Below are positions 1-11,888 of a stretch of DNA of 64,000 nucleotides, in pieces. Position 1 is the first letter of the stretch. Each line of letters begins with the position of its first letter. Under the pieces are notes generated by a model that ran no database searches, was not told the DNA's origin, and saw nothing but the letters and a program-made list of their open reading frames with translations. The stretch is taken from the NCBI GenBank assembly GCA_963745075.1, contig CAVUWV010000001.1, positions 128,001-192,000 on the forward strand, read 5' to 3'. Source of the DNA: Candidatus Hydrogenedentota bacterium (GTDB lineage Bacteria; Hydrogenedentota; Hydrogenedentia; Hydrogenedentales; SLHB01). Made by a program: the position numbers and the translations under genes.

Positions 1-309
1 ATGGCGCGCACGAAGACGCGCAAATTGCTCCGTCACGACAAATTGAATCGGGCATTCTTGTACGATCTGGAAAAGGATCCCCACGAAACGGTCAATTGTT
101 TCGAGGATCCCGCGTATCGGGACAACGTCTACATGTTGCAGGACGCGCTTACAAAATGGCGGCCCGACCCACTTCCCGAGACGTATCTCAACCAGGACGC
201 GCCGCAGATTGACCAACCCAACGTACCCCCGGACCTGAGTCACCGCGACGCCATGATGGCTTACACCCGAGAAAAGATGGCCGAGTTCAACGCCGCGCAC
301 AAAACCTGA
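1..309 (+). CDS. Sulfatase-family protein, C-terminal part (gene begins before the window)
   Basis: FLYDLEKDPHETVN matches the LYDLxxDPxExxN motif of sulfatase C-termini. Confidence 0.7.
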   Translation: MARTKTRKLLRHDKLNRAFLYDLEKDPHETVNCFEDPAYRDNVYMLQDALTKWRPDPLPETYLNQDAPQIDQPNVPPDLSHRDAMMAYTREKMAEFNAAHKT

Positions 310-325
310 CCAATTCCAGCAGTCA

Positions 326-388
326 GTTGCTGCTGTCCTCGGTGTCTCGGTTGTCCCTGCTTGTCCGTGCAGGTCCGTGTAAGTCCGC
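326..388. repeat. Short-period (9-10 bp) degenerate tandem repeat between convergent genes
   Basis: tgtcctcgg-tgtctcggt-tgtccctgc-ttgtccgtgcag-gtccgtgtaa-gtccg; related arrays at 40325-40478 and 41652-41690. Confidence 0.6.
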
Positions 389-389
389 C

Positions 390-1505
390 CTACGGCACCG
401 TCGAAAACCGGTACACCGTAATCTGGCTGTATTCCTCGCCCGGCCGCAGAATCGCCGAGGGGAAGTTCGGGTGATTCGGCGAATCCGGGAACCGTTGCGC
501 TTCCAGGCAGAAGCCGCTGTTCTTCGGATACTTCACGCCGTTTTTCCCTTCAAACGATGCATTGAGGAAGTTCCCCGTGTAGAACTGCAAGCCCGGTTCT
601 GTCGTTAGCACTTCCATCACCCGGCCGCTCTTCGCGTCCGTTGCACGCGCCGCCAATTCGAGCCAGCCGGTCGTTTTGTTTAATACATAGTTCAGGTCAT
701 AGCCTCCCGGCACATCGCCGAACGTATCTTCGATCGGATGGGCCGTCGTAAAGTCGAAAGGCGTTCCGAGGACCGGCGCGAGTTCACCGGTCGGAATCAA
801 CGTCTCGTCGACCGGCGTGTAGCGGCTCGCATTGATCATCATTTGCGTATCGAGAATGCTGCCGCCATCGTGGCCCGACAAATTGAAATAGCTGTGGTGG
901 GTGAGATTGACCGGTGTGGCCTTGTCGGTCGTGGCTTGATAGGCGATCTTCAATTCGTTGTCATTCGTCAACGTGTAGGTCACCGCGCACGAGAGATTGC
1001 CGGGGTACCCTTCCTCCCCGTCTTTGCTCAAGTAGGTGAACCGGATGCTCGGCCCTTCGCTTGTGGCGAACGGAACACCCTTCCAGAGCACTTTGTCGAA
1101 TCCGACCGTTCCGCCGTGAAGATGATTCGGCCCGTCATTGGTCGCAAGCGAGTATTCGGCGCCATCGATGGAGAATTTCCCCTTTGCGATGCGGTTGGCG
1201 TAGCGCCCCGCGATGCAGCCGAAGTAGGTATTGTGGTCGCGATAGCCGTCCAGCGTGTCGCAGCCCAGCACGATGTCGGCGAAGCTCCCGTCGCGGTCCG
1301 GGGTTTGCAGGGAGACCAGCGTCGCCCCCAATTCGATGAGCGTCGCCTTGAGACCGTTTGCGTTGGTCAACGAGAATGCCGTGACCACCGAGCCGTCCGG
1401 CATTTGACCGAAGGGTCGTTCGCTGATCTGCACTTTTGCCTGCGCCTGCGCCATTTCCACCCCTCCCAACAAAAGTATCATCACCACGGAACACCATCGC
1501 GCCAT
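390..1505 (-). CDS. galM: Aldose 1-epimerase (galactose mutarotase) with signal peptide
   Basis: GRYANRIAKG, NHLHGG, NLTHHSYFNL and GFCLEAQ motifs; hydrophobic N-terminus ending AQA; GGAGG upstream. Confidence 0.93.
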   Translation of the reverse strand: MARWCSVVMILLLGGVEMAQAQAKVQISERPFGQMPDGSVVTAFSLTNANGLKATLIELGATLVSLQTPDRDGSFADIVLGCDTLDGYRDHNTYFGCIAGRYANRIAKGKFSIDGAEYSLATNDGPNHLHGGTVGFDKVLWKGVPFATSEGPSIRFTYLSKDGEEGYPGNLSCAVTYTLTNDNELKIAYQATTDKATPVNLTHHSYFNLSGHDGGSILDTQMMINASRYTPVDETLIPTGELAPVLGTPFDFTTAHPIEDTFGDVPGGYDLNYVLNKTTGWLELAARATDAKSGRVMEVLTTEPGLQFYTGNFLNASFEGKNGVKYPKNSGFCLEAQRFPDSPNHPNFPSAILRPGEEYSQITVYRFSTVP

Positions 1506-1886
1506 GACTGCTTCCCTCCACTTTGCATCACCCGATTCAACGTGGGTAGACTAAGCGTTCGCCCGTACGTAGAAGCACCAATCTAGTGAACAGTTGCCTG
1601 AATATCAAACTGGGCAGGTTCCGCGAATTCCACGTCATCGGCGCGGTGATTCTCGCTGGAGTAATCGTCGGCGAACTCGTCAAGCGCTTGGTCGCTCGCC
1701 GCGCCCACTTCGAGGCGACTCGAAAACTTGGTGATACGTGATCGTCCCACCCCCGATTCCGCCAGCCCGCGGTACGCACGTGCTTGCTTGCCGGAACACA
1801 TCGCTTTCGCACGATTCTCGCGAAGTGAAATCGCAGGCGCCCACGCACTACAATACAAGGAGTCTTAGCCTGCGAGGAAGTCACCC

Positions 1887-2282
1887 ATGGAACGAGACGA
1901 AGAAACTGCCCTATCCTCTGCCGGACCGGGTCAAACGTCATCCGTAAACGCGGCTACCATGATGGCCTGCGGTTCCTGCGGACGAGTCATCAGTGCCGGC
2001 GACGCGTTCTGTCGCTATTGCGGAAAGCCCCAGGGTCGCAAGAAGAAGGTCGCCTGGTACTACGAACCGGTCTGGATTCTGATCCTCGGGTTCGTCGTGG
2101 TCGGACCCTTGGTGTTACCCTTGGTGATTCTGTCCCCCAAGTTGAGCGTTCCCGTTAAGTGGGTGATATCTATTGCCTTGCTGGCGTACACGTTTGCGCT
2201 GGTGTATGTTGGCTGGGAGATGATCGTGTTAGTTTGGAATGCATACTCGCAGTTCAACGATCAAATGCGGGGGATCGGCTAA
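1887..2282 (+). CDS. Zinc-ribbon membrane protein
   Basis: CGSC-x10-CRYCG followed by two hydrophobic helices; GAGGA RBS. Confidence 0.75.
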   Translation: MERDEETALSSAGPGQTSSVNAATMMACGSCGRVISAGDAFCRYCGKPQGRKKKVAWYYEPVWILILGFVVVGPLVLPLVILSPKLSVPVKWVISIALLAYTFALVYVGWEMIVLVWNAYSQFNDQMRGIG

Positions 2283-2285
2283 AAC

Positions 2286-4840
<2,555 letters not shown>

Positions 4841-5083
4841 GATGCTCTCCAATCCATGGGGTTAGCTGTTCGCGTGTCCGGTCGGGCTTGAGTTCTGCCG
4901 GCCAAGGGGACTCGTGCTTCCCCATTGCCTGCTGCATCGGATTGTGCCGCTGGGACAAACCCTGTTTTGCATGGTCGGCCGCTTCGGACCCAAACACTGA
5001 AGAGGATAGCACATTCGGACGTATCACTTCCTGCCCGGGGTCACTGGCAGCGTCGTGCAAAAGTCGGCAGTTTATGGGGAGCG

Positions 5084-6808
5084 TCAGTTCCTTTGCAGCA
5101 GGAACGCTCGCACCGCGCCATTCCGAGTGCCGAATCCCGTGATGTCGCCGGCGTTGTTGATCCCCCACGCCTCGTTAAGGACCCACCCCGACCCTGAAGG
5201 CAGCAGATCGTTCAAGTCCGTCATTACCGCGCCGCCGCCGTCGTCGTCCCACCCGAACGCATGCGTACCGGACGACGCTGTTTCCGAACGGCCCACCACT
5301 TGAGTGCTGTCGTTGATGGCATAGGCCAAGCTCGTGTTGCCACCGAGTGTTCCCAGGTCGATTGGTCCTCCACTGTCCCACAGCGCCGCATGGCGCGGCC
5401 CGTTGTTCGAGATTTCGACCTGACCGACCGCCTCACCTACTTCGTTAATATCATAGGCGACGGCAAATTTCCCGCCTGCGAATAGCCCGAGATTTTGCAT
5501 GCCGTTTGTGGAATCCCACACGAACGCATACTGTTTGTTACCCGGCGGCGGATCCGACGAGCCCACGACTTGTCCTGCGTCGTTGATACCGTACGCTGCC
5601 GAATTGTCCCCGCCCAATGTCCCCAAATCCTGCATGCCGTTCGTGGAATCCCACCTGAATGCGCGATTGTCACCATTGGCAAGATAGCTGAAACCGACCG
5701 CCGTTCCCGAGTCGTTGACCGCTTGCCCAATGGCGGCGCTGCCCCCGAGATTCCCTAGGTCCTGCATCCCGTTGGTCGCGTCCCAAATGAACGCCCGGAA
5801 ATCCTCACTGTATCCGTCCGGCTGTGTGTAGCCGACGATTTGCACCGGGTTCGCATCGTTGATTCCGTACCCGTAACTATGTTTGTCGATCGAGCCCAGA
5901 CTCAGCATGGCGTTCCCGCTCTCCCAGAGAAACGCGAGCCGCCAGTTTGTCGACACGAACGGATAGGAGTAGCCCGTAATTTGCGCGCTCTCGTTGATGG
6001 CGAACCCGTAGCTTTGAACGCCCCCCAATGTTCCAAGGCTTGCGATCGTCCACGTGTCCATCGTCGAGAAGAACGTGAAGTGCGTGGTGTCGAACTGCAG
6101 CAGCCGATCCGGTCCCCCCAGATACTGCACGTTGCTGATTCCCGCGTCCGTCCAACGGCCCTCGTCTTTATTGAAGGCGATCACGCGCACGGCGCTTGGA
6201 TCGGCCACTTCGTTCGACACGGGAACGGTCACCGTCACGGGGTGGACAAATGTGGTGCCTTCCGGGCCCAGTTCCACCAGCGGAACGGTGGATACTGGAA
6301 GTGGGGGCGTCATCGTGGCTTCGCCGATGGTGATCACGGCGTTTGCCGGCAAGGCACCGGCCGGGATGCTCACCGATGCGGTGTGCAGTGGGCTGGCCGG
6401 ATTGTTCGTCACAATCTCCGTGGGTATTCCCGGCTCTGCCAGTTGAGCGGTCGCGATGTCACCCACCGTTACCGTGAGCGCCAGCTCCGTCTTCCGCGAC
6501 TTGCCCTCTCCGTCGCGGACCGTGAGTGCAACGCGATAGTTTCCGGGAGGCGTTCCCACCGGGTACGTGTAACTCGGATTCTGTGCGCTTGACGTTCCGC
6601 CGTCGCCAAAGTCCCAGGAGTAGGCGAAGGGTCCGTTGGCGGTGTCGTTGCTGGTACCGGTAAACTGAACGCCCAACGGCGCCGGACCCCCGATGGGAAT
6701 TGCGGTAGCCGTGGGTTCCGGTAAATTTGTGGAACCCGACGGGCAACCCGTCACGTACAGTACGGACAGCACAAGGAGTCCAAGCAGAATACCGCCACGC
6801 GAAAGCAT
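5084..6808 (-). CDS. Lipoprotein with PKD domain, ZU5-like domain and HAF-family extracellular repeats
   Basis: Lipobox VTGC; YSWDFGDG (PKD); VELGPEGTTFVHPVTVTVP...TTHFT (ZU5-like); repeated DLGTLGG..S.A..IND...VVG...(H/R)AF.W; GGAGG RBS. Confidence 0.8.
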   Translation of the reverse strand: MLSRGGILLGLLVLSVLYVTGCPSGSTNLPEPTATAIPIGGPAPLGVQFTGTSNDTANGPFAYSWDFGDGGTSSAQNPSYTYPVGTPPGNYRVALTVRDGEGKSRKTELALTVTVGDIATAQLAEPGIPTEIVTNNPASPLHTASVSIPAGALPANAVITIGEATMTPPLPVSTVPLVELGPEGTTFVHPVTVTVPVSNEVADPSAVRVIAFNKDEGRWTDAGISNVQYLGGPDRLLQFDTTHFTFFSTMDTWTIASLGTLGGVQSYGFAINESAQITGYSYPFVSTNWRLAFLWESGNAMLSLGSIDKHSYGYGINDANPVQIVGYTQPDGYSEDFRAFIWDATNGMQDLGNLGGSAAIGQAVNDSGTAVGFSYLANGDNRAFRWDSTNGMQDLGTLGGDNSAAYGINDAGQVVGSSDPPPGNKQYAFVWDSTNGMQNLGLFAGGKFAVAYDINEVGEAVGQVEISNNGPRHAALWDSGGPIDLGTLGGNTSLAYAINDSTQVVGRSETASSGTHAFGWDDDGGGAVMTDLNDLLPSGSGWVLNEAWGINNAGDITGFGTRNGAVRAFLLQRN

Positions 6809-7026
6809 AAGAACGCACCTCCCCAAGATACACCCCTCGCGAAACGTGACTGAAGACCCCCAAGATATAGACGCACCAAGCGGCAACCCGCCCAGATATC
6901 GTTACTATAATCTGGAATTTATGGATTGTCAAGATATTTGACGTCGGATCGTAGTCAATTGATTAGTGTAGGTGTTCGGTATCCAAACCATTGGGAATCA
7001 ATCAACAAGGACAATGGTGAGTTGAG

Positions 7027-8058
7027 CTACCGAACCACAACGGAAACTCGCGCCATCCGCATCATATTCAGCGGCCCGATGCCTTGGGTATTTCCAAAGC
7101 CCGATTGGGAGAAGAAGACCATCAGATCGTGATTCTTCGCTTCCACGAGCGACGAGTAGTGACAGCCCGGTCCGCGGTAGATAGAGATAGGCAGACCCCA
7201 CGTGTAGCCAGTTCCGTCGGGTGACAGAATGAGTTCCACATCGGGTCGTCCATAGCTCAGCGCGAGCACCCCATTGCTGAGGAGCAGCAAGGCGGGGTCC
7301 ACCCCGTGGTCCGCGACGACTTCAGGCGTGCTCCACGTTGCGCCGTCGTCTGTCGAGCGCGTCGTATAGAGCGGTCCGCCCGTACGCAAGGCACAGAAGA
7401 GGTCGCCATTCGCCAGGCGCACCAATGCGGGTTCGCAGTACCCTTCCCGGCCGATCTCCTCCGAATGCGCGATGAGCGAACGATAGGCCCACGTTTGCCC
7501 GCCGTCATCCGATGCAATCAACACCGACGAGTATTTCCTATTCCCTTCCTCATGACCGTAAATCGTCGCCAACAACGCGCCATTGGGCAACTCCACGATG
7601 CTGCGGTGGAAATGGGGCGACAGGACAAACGGGAGCGTCAACTTTCCCGTAACTTCCTCGTCCAGCGTGCGGCCGCCATTCGCGAAGAAGAGCGTTGCGA
7701 CGGGATACGTGCCGTCGTAGGAACGCTCCGGCCCCCAGCAGGACAACCCGACGGCCCTTCCGTCGCGCAGCAATGCGCCCATGCCGTTCACGGGCGTGTC
7801 CTCGGGGGGAATCCATGTCTCGCCGTTGTCCTCCGAAACCAGTCGCATGCCGCGCTCGTTGACCGTGTGCCGGCCGATGGAACAGTTGAACGAAAGAAAC
7901 CCGTCGGGACCGCGAAAGACCCAGGGAAAGTTCAGATGCTCCTGCGACTCATACACCGTCACGGTGCGTTGAATGGTGACCGCCGGTTCCCCGGCCGCGA
8001 GCCCACAGCATAACGCGAGTGCACATGCCGTCCACATTACGACCTCCAATTTTGTCAC
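7027..8058 (-). CDS. Secreted BNR/Asp-box (sialidase-like) protein
   Basis: Signal peptide; Asp boxes SEDNGETW, SDDGGQTW, STDDGATW. Confidence 0.85.
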   Translation of the reverse strand: MTKLEVVMWTACALALCCGLAAGEPAVTIQRTVTVYESQEHLNFPWVFRGPDGFLSFNCSIGRHTVNERGMRLVSEDNGETWIPPEDTPVNGMGALLRDGRAVGLSCWGPERSYDGTYPVATLFFANGGRTLDEEVTGKLTLPFVLSPHFHRSIVELPNGALLATIYGHEEGNRKYSSVLIASDDGGQTWAYRSLIAHSEEIGREGYCEPALVRLANGDLFCALRTGGPLYTTRSTDDGATWSTPEVVADHGVDPALLLLSNGVLALSYGRPDVELILSPDGTGYTWGLPISIYRGPGCHYSSLVEAKNHDLMVFFSQSGFGNTQGIGPLNMMRMARVSVVVR

Positions 8059-8071
8059 GCGTTACGACATC

Positions 8072-10411
8072 TCAGCGTTTGATAAACCCGTGGTACAACC
8101 CCAGGTAGTATGCGAGTAGATAGGGTGACGGTTCATCGAGCACCAGCCCCTTTCCACCCCCGTCCAGCCGCCAGACGTTTTCACTCCACGAGTTTGCCGC
8201 ACGCTCGTCGATGGGGAGCACGTAGCCGTTCGTCCGATACCCCGTATTCTTCGTCTTACCCGGTTCGCGCGTGTACGCGCCCAGCGGTACGATGTCGATT
8301 CGGTTGCTGTTGACCACCGGCCAGTCGATGAGGTCCATGGGATAGCGCTCGAGCGTCTCCACGCTGTCTTCGAGCCAGGGACCGGTGGGGGAGAGGTCCA
8401 GGTCCCCCCACTGCGTCTTGACGACCAAGCCGTCGCAGCATGCCGCATATACGAAGTTGAAGAAGGGATTCTGCTCCGGCTTCACGATTTGCCAGTAGTA
8501 ATAGATGGACGTGCCGAACATGCGCAGCAGCACTGGATCCTTCTCGTAACGAATCAGGTGATAGTAATTGAGAAATGCCATCTTGTCGTCAAACTGCACG
8601 AAGGATCCGGGTCCGGCTTGGAGTTTCGGCATCGTCATCGCGTTCATGGCGTATGCGTGCATGGTGATGAGGTGGTCGTAGGCCTCTTTGTACTTGGGAT
8701 CTTCCGTTACGTGATACGCGACCGACAAGTACGTCAGGATGCTCAACGAATTCAGGCCCCGCTCCGCCCACCAGTCCGGATCGTCGTTCAAATCGCGCGG
8801 ACTGAAATGCGCCCATCGCGTGGGTTGCCCATCGTGATCGACCAGCCGGAACTGGTGCACGAGCAGGTGATCCGTAACCCGGCGGACCACCTCGCGCACT
8901 CGTGCCTTCTCCTCCGGCGTTTCGGCCACGAGATCGTAGTAGGTGGCGTAGGCGAAGTAGTGCCCGTCCAGTTCATCCGAACTCGCGTCCGATTTCCAGT
9001 ACCACTCGCCGTCCTTGCTCAAGGGCCACCGGGGCACGATGACCTTCCACTTGGCGTCGTCCTTCTGCTTTTCCCGATCGTGTTCCACCGAATTGTGTTC
9101 GTTGGGGTCGGGGCCGTTCGCCGGGAGTATCGTGCGCGCAATGAACCCGGGAGGCGCTGGATGCTCGCCGCCTTGCGTCACCTCACTCAAAAACGCGAGG
9201 GCCTCGAAGGCGTCCGTCGCGCGTTTCTTGAATCGGGGATCCTTCGTCGCGGCGTACGCGAACGCTTCCGTGCCGCAATACATGCCGGTGTACTGCCCGT
9301 CGTTGTCCGTATCCCGGTTCTTCCAGGAACTGGTGTCGCCGGGTTTTGGTAGAAGCACTCCCGCGACGTAACCGTAGGGCGTCCGCCGGTGATATTTGTC
9401 GATGGCCGCCTCAAACTGCTCCGCTTTGTCCATAAGGGACATGGGCTCAAAGTAGATCTGACTGACCCCGCCGTCCGTGGCGAACCATGCGCTTCCATCC
9501 GGCGCCGCGATGACATCGCGAACATCATTCCCCGCCAGCCAGCGCCGGCCCGCGCGGTACGCCCAATGCTTTCCGTCGTATCGAATCGCTCCCTGGTGTG
9601 CGCCAAACCAGACGCCCCCGTCCGGCGCGACCGCCATGCACGTGAAGTCGTTGTAGGGAAGCCCTTCGGCCCCCGTGAACAGGTCCCAATGCCCGTCGAC
9701 CGTTTGATGTCCAACGCCCTGCGGCGATGCAAACCACAGTTGCCCGTCTTGGTCGAACGCGACGGCCCGCACGTCGACCGGCGCCCATCGCACCGCCCCG
9801 TTCTGCGGCAGAACGAATTGCCACGATCCATTCGCATCCCGGCCATACAATCCCGAACCGCCGGCCACCGCCATCGTGAACTTCCCTGAGCCGCCGATCG
9901 CGACGTCCCGCACGTCCGCATCGCCGTCCCCCGGCAAGGGCTCCTTCACCCAATCGCCATTCGCCAGTGCGTACAAACCCGAATCGGTAGCCAACCAGAC
10001 GGTCTCTCCGTCGACGGCGAGTGAACGTGGCGTGCCTGGTAACATTGGCGCAAGGGTTTGCGCCTCACCGGCCTCGACATCGAATAGCGCGTCCGTCGTC
10101 GCGGCGTACACGTGGTCGCCACTCGTTGCCAACGCGAGCACACCTGCCGCGGGAAGCCCGTCTACGCTTTTCCACGGCCGTTTCCCCTCCTGGACCAGTC
10201 CCGCGTCCGTGCCCGCCAGCAACGTGCCGTCCGGCAGCAACGCGACCGCGCGAAAACCGTCCGTTTCAGACCTCAACGCCGCGTCCCCGTGCATTTCCTG
10301 CGGGTATACACCCACCTCGACGCTCGGTGCAGACTCGGCCAACGCCACCCCAATCATCAGGGGCACGCAAAGAACTATCAAAACAGCCGTTGCCAGGGGC
10401 ATCTTCTTCAC
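8072..10411 (-). CDS. Secreted protein: beta-propeller repeats plus an uncharacterised helical, probably (alpha/alpha)-barrel, domain
   Basis: GTG start with AAAGGA RBS; signal peptide; repeats such as DQDGQLWFAS, GLPYND, APDGGVWFG; C-terminal domain homologous to 13694-15616. Confidence 0.75.
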   Translation of the reverse strand: MKKMPLATAVLIVLCVPLMIGVALAESAPSVEVGVYPQEMHGDAALRSETDGFRAVALLPDGTLLAGTDAGLVQEGKRPWKSVDGLPAAGVLALATSGDHVYAATTDALFDVEAGEAQTLAPMLPGTPRSLAVDGETVWLATDSGLYALANGDWVKEPLPGDGDADVRDVAIGGSGKFTMAVAGGSGLYGRDANGSWQFVLPQNGAVRWAPVDVRAVAFDQDGQLWFASPQGVGHQTVDGHWDLFTGAEGLPYNDFTCMAVAPDGGVWFGAHQGAIRYDGKHWAYRAGRRWLAGNDVRDVIAAPDGSAWFATDGGVSQIYFEPMSLMDKAEQFEAAIDKYHRRTPYGYVAGVLLPKPGDTSSWKNRDTDNDGQYTGMYCGTEAFAYAATKDPRFKKRATDAFEALAFLSEVTQGGEHPAPPGFIARTILPANGPDPNEHNSVEHDREKQKDDAKWKVIVPRWPLSKDGEWYWKSDASSDELDGHYFAYATYYDLVAETPEEKARVREVVRRVTDHLLVHQFRLVDHDGQPTRWAHFSPRDLNDDPDWWAERGLNSLSILTYLSVAYHVTEDPKYKEAYDHLITMHAYAMNAMTMPKLQAGPGSFVQFDDKMAFLNYYHLIRYEKDPVLLRMFGTSIYYYWQIVKPEQNPFFNFVYAACCDGLVVKTQWGDLDLSPTGPWLEDSVETLERYPMDLIDWPVVNSNRIDIVPLGAYTREPGKTKNTGYRTNGYVLPIDERAANSWSENVWRLDGGGKGLVLDEPSPYLLAYYLGLYHGFIKR

Positions 10412-10620
10412 AGCGGGATCCTTTCCAGCGGTAGGTTCAAAAGTCGGTCCTTCGACGATAGCCCGTCCGGCGCGGCTTGTCAACGATTGACGCCCAGTCG
10501 TGTCGTACGGAGCGCATCCCACTCTGAACGCGCTTACGCGAATGGCTCGCGGACGGCAAAGCATCAATTGCCAATCCAAAAAAGAGTACACTCGCTACAA
10601 AACACCGAAGGACGTAGCAT

Positions 10621-11610
10621 ATGGCGCTGACCTCCAGGGATAGACTTCTCGCCACACTTTCCATGGCCGGCCGTGTAGCCCCGCCCCGTTTCGAGAACGA
10701 GTTCTCCGACGGCGTCATCGAATTGTGGCGAAGCCAGGGCTTCCTCGATGAGCGGCCCGTAGAAGAGCGATTCGGCCTGGACCGGTGCGAAACCGTGCCC
10801 ATCGAGTGGGGTCGCCTGGACAATAATGCGGTCGTTCAAACTGAAGCCGGTCTCGAACCGTTCCTGCGCCAATATGACGCCTCAAGACCGACACGGTTCC
10901 CGGAAGACTGGGACCAACTTGTCGCATCCTGGCGCGCACGGGACTACGCCCTCCGTGCAGCACCCTGGAGCGAAGGACTGTTTCAGGTCATGGGCGTAAG
11001 CAACGGGGTCACATTCAATCGCGCGATGTTCGTTCTCCGTGAACAACCCCGGCTGGTCGAAGCGCTCATGGACCGCTACGCCGATTTCCTCGAAACGTTG
11101 ATCCCCCGCGTCCTCGCGACGGTACCGATCGACTACGCCCTCTTTTATGAACCCATCGCGTGGACGCGCGCGCCCGTGATTTCACCGGAGGACTACGCAC
11201 GTTTCGCACTGCCGGCGCTGCGCCGGGTCATCGCCGCGCTCGACACCTGCGGAGTCGAACACCGCATCCTGAGGGCCACGGGAGAAGTGCGGCCACTCAT
11301 CCCCCTGTGGCTCGACGCCGGCATCAATGGACTCATGATCAACCAGATCGCCGCCACCGGAATTCACTACCCCGCCCTGCGCCGCGAATTCGGACGCGAC
11401 CTGCGCCTTCTCGGCGGCATCGACTGGCGCGCCGTCGTCGAAGGTCCCGCCGCGATCGACCAAGCGCTGGACGAAGCAGTGCTACCCCTCCTGGACGAAG
11501 GCGGCTACATCCCCCATTTAGACGATACCGTCCGCGTCACCTGCCCCTTCGACCACTTCAACTACTACCGCGATCGCCTCAACAAACTGATCGCGGAAAT
11601 GGAGCAGTAA
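10621..11610 (+). CDS. Uroporphyrinogen decarboxylase-family (URO-D/MtaA-like) protein
   Basis: MALTSRDRLLA start, PVISPEDY, LIPLWLDAGING, LRLLGGID and GGYIPHLDD are typical of the family. Confidence 0.8.
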   Translation: MALTSRDRLLATLSMAGRVAPPRFENEFSDGVIELWRSQGFLDERPVEERFGLDRCETVPIEWGRLDNNAVVQTEAGLEPFLRQYDASRPTRFPEDWDQLVASWRARDYALRAAPWSEGLFQVMGVSNGVTFNRAMFVLREQPRLVEALMDRYADFLETLIPRVLATVPIDYALFYEPIAWTRAPVISPEDYARFALPALRRVIAALDTCGVEHRILRATGEVRPLIPLWLDAGINGLMINQIAATGIHYPALRREFGRDLRLLGGIDWRAVVEGPAAIDQALDEAVLPLLDEGGYIPHLDDTVRVTCPFDHFNYYRDRLNKLIAEMEQ

Positions 11611-11819
11611 AGCCTGGGAACACCATACCCAGGTCCGCGTGCCCCTCTACCTGTTCGTGCGAGCAATCTTCCAGAACCGAGAACTTGCGAACGGGTGGGG
11701 GAAGGACCCCCGTCGAAAGTTCAAGACGGAGAATCCCCCCGCGACCCGCCGATCAGGACTGAAAGTCCGAAACATGATAGCCCAGCGCGGCATAGCCGCA
11801 ACCAAAAGTGAGGAGATGA

Positions 11820-11888
11820 ATGGCGTTTCCCCTTTGCAGATACAATAGGTATCCGCAGTGGTCTAACACGAGAAGGAGAAACGCCATG
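11820..11888 (+). promoter_or_regulatory. Leader hairpin sequestering the RBS and start codon, with an internal -10-like TACAAT
   Basis: atggcgtttcccctt (11820-11834) pairs 14/15 with aaggagaaacgccat; nested stem tgcagatac/gtatccgca; TACAAT at 11841-11846. Confidence 0.6.
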
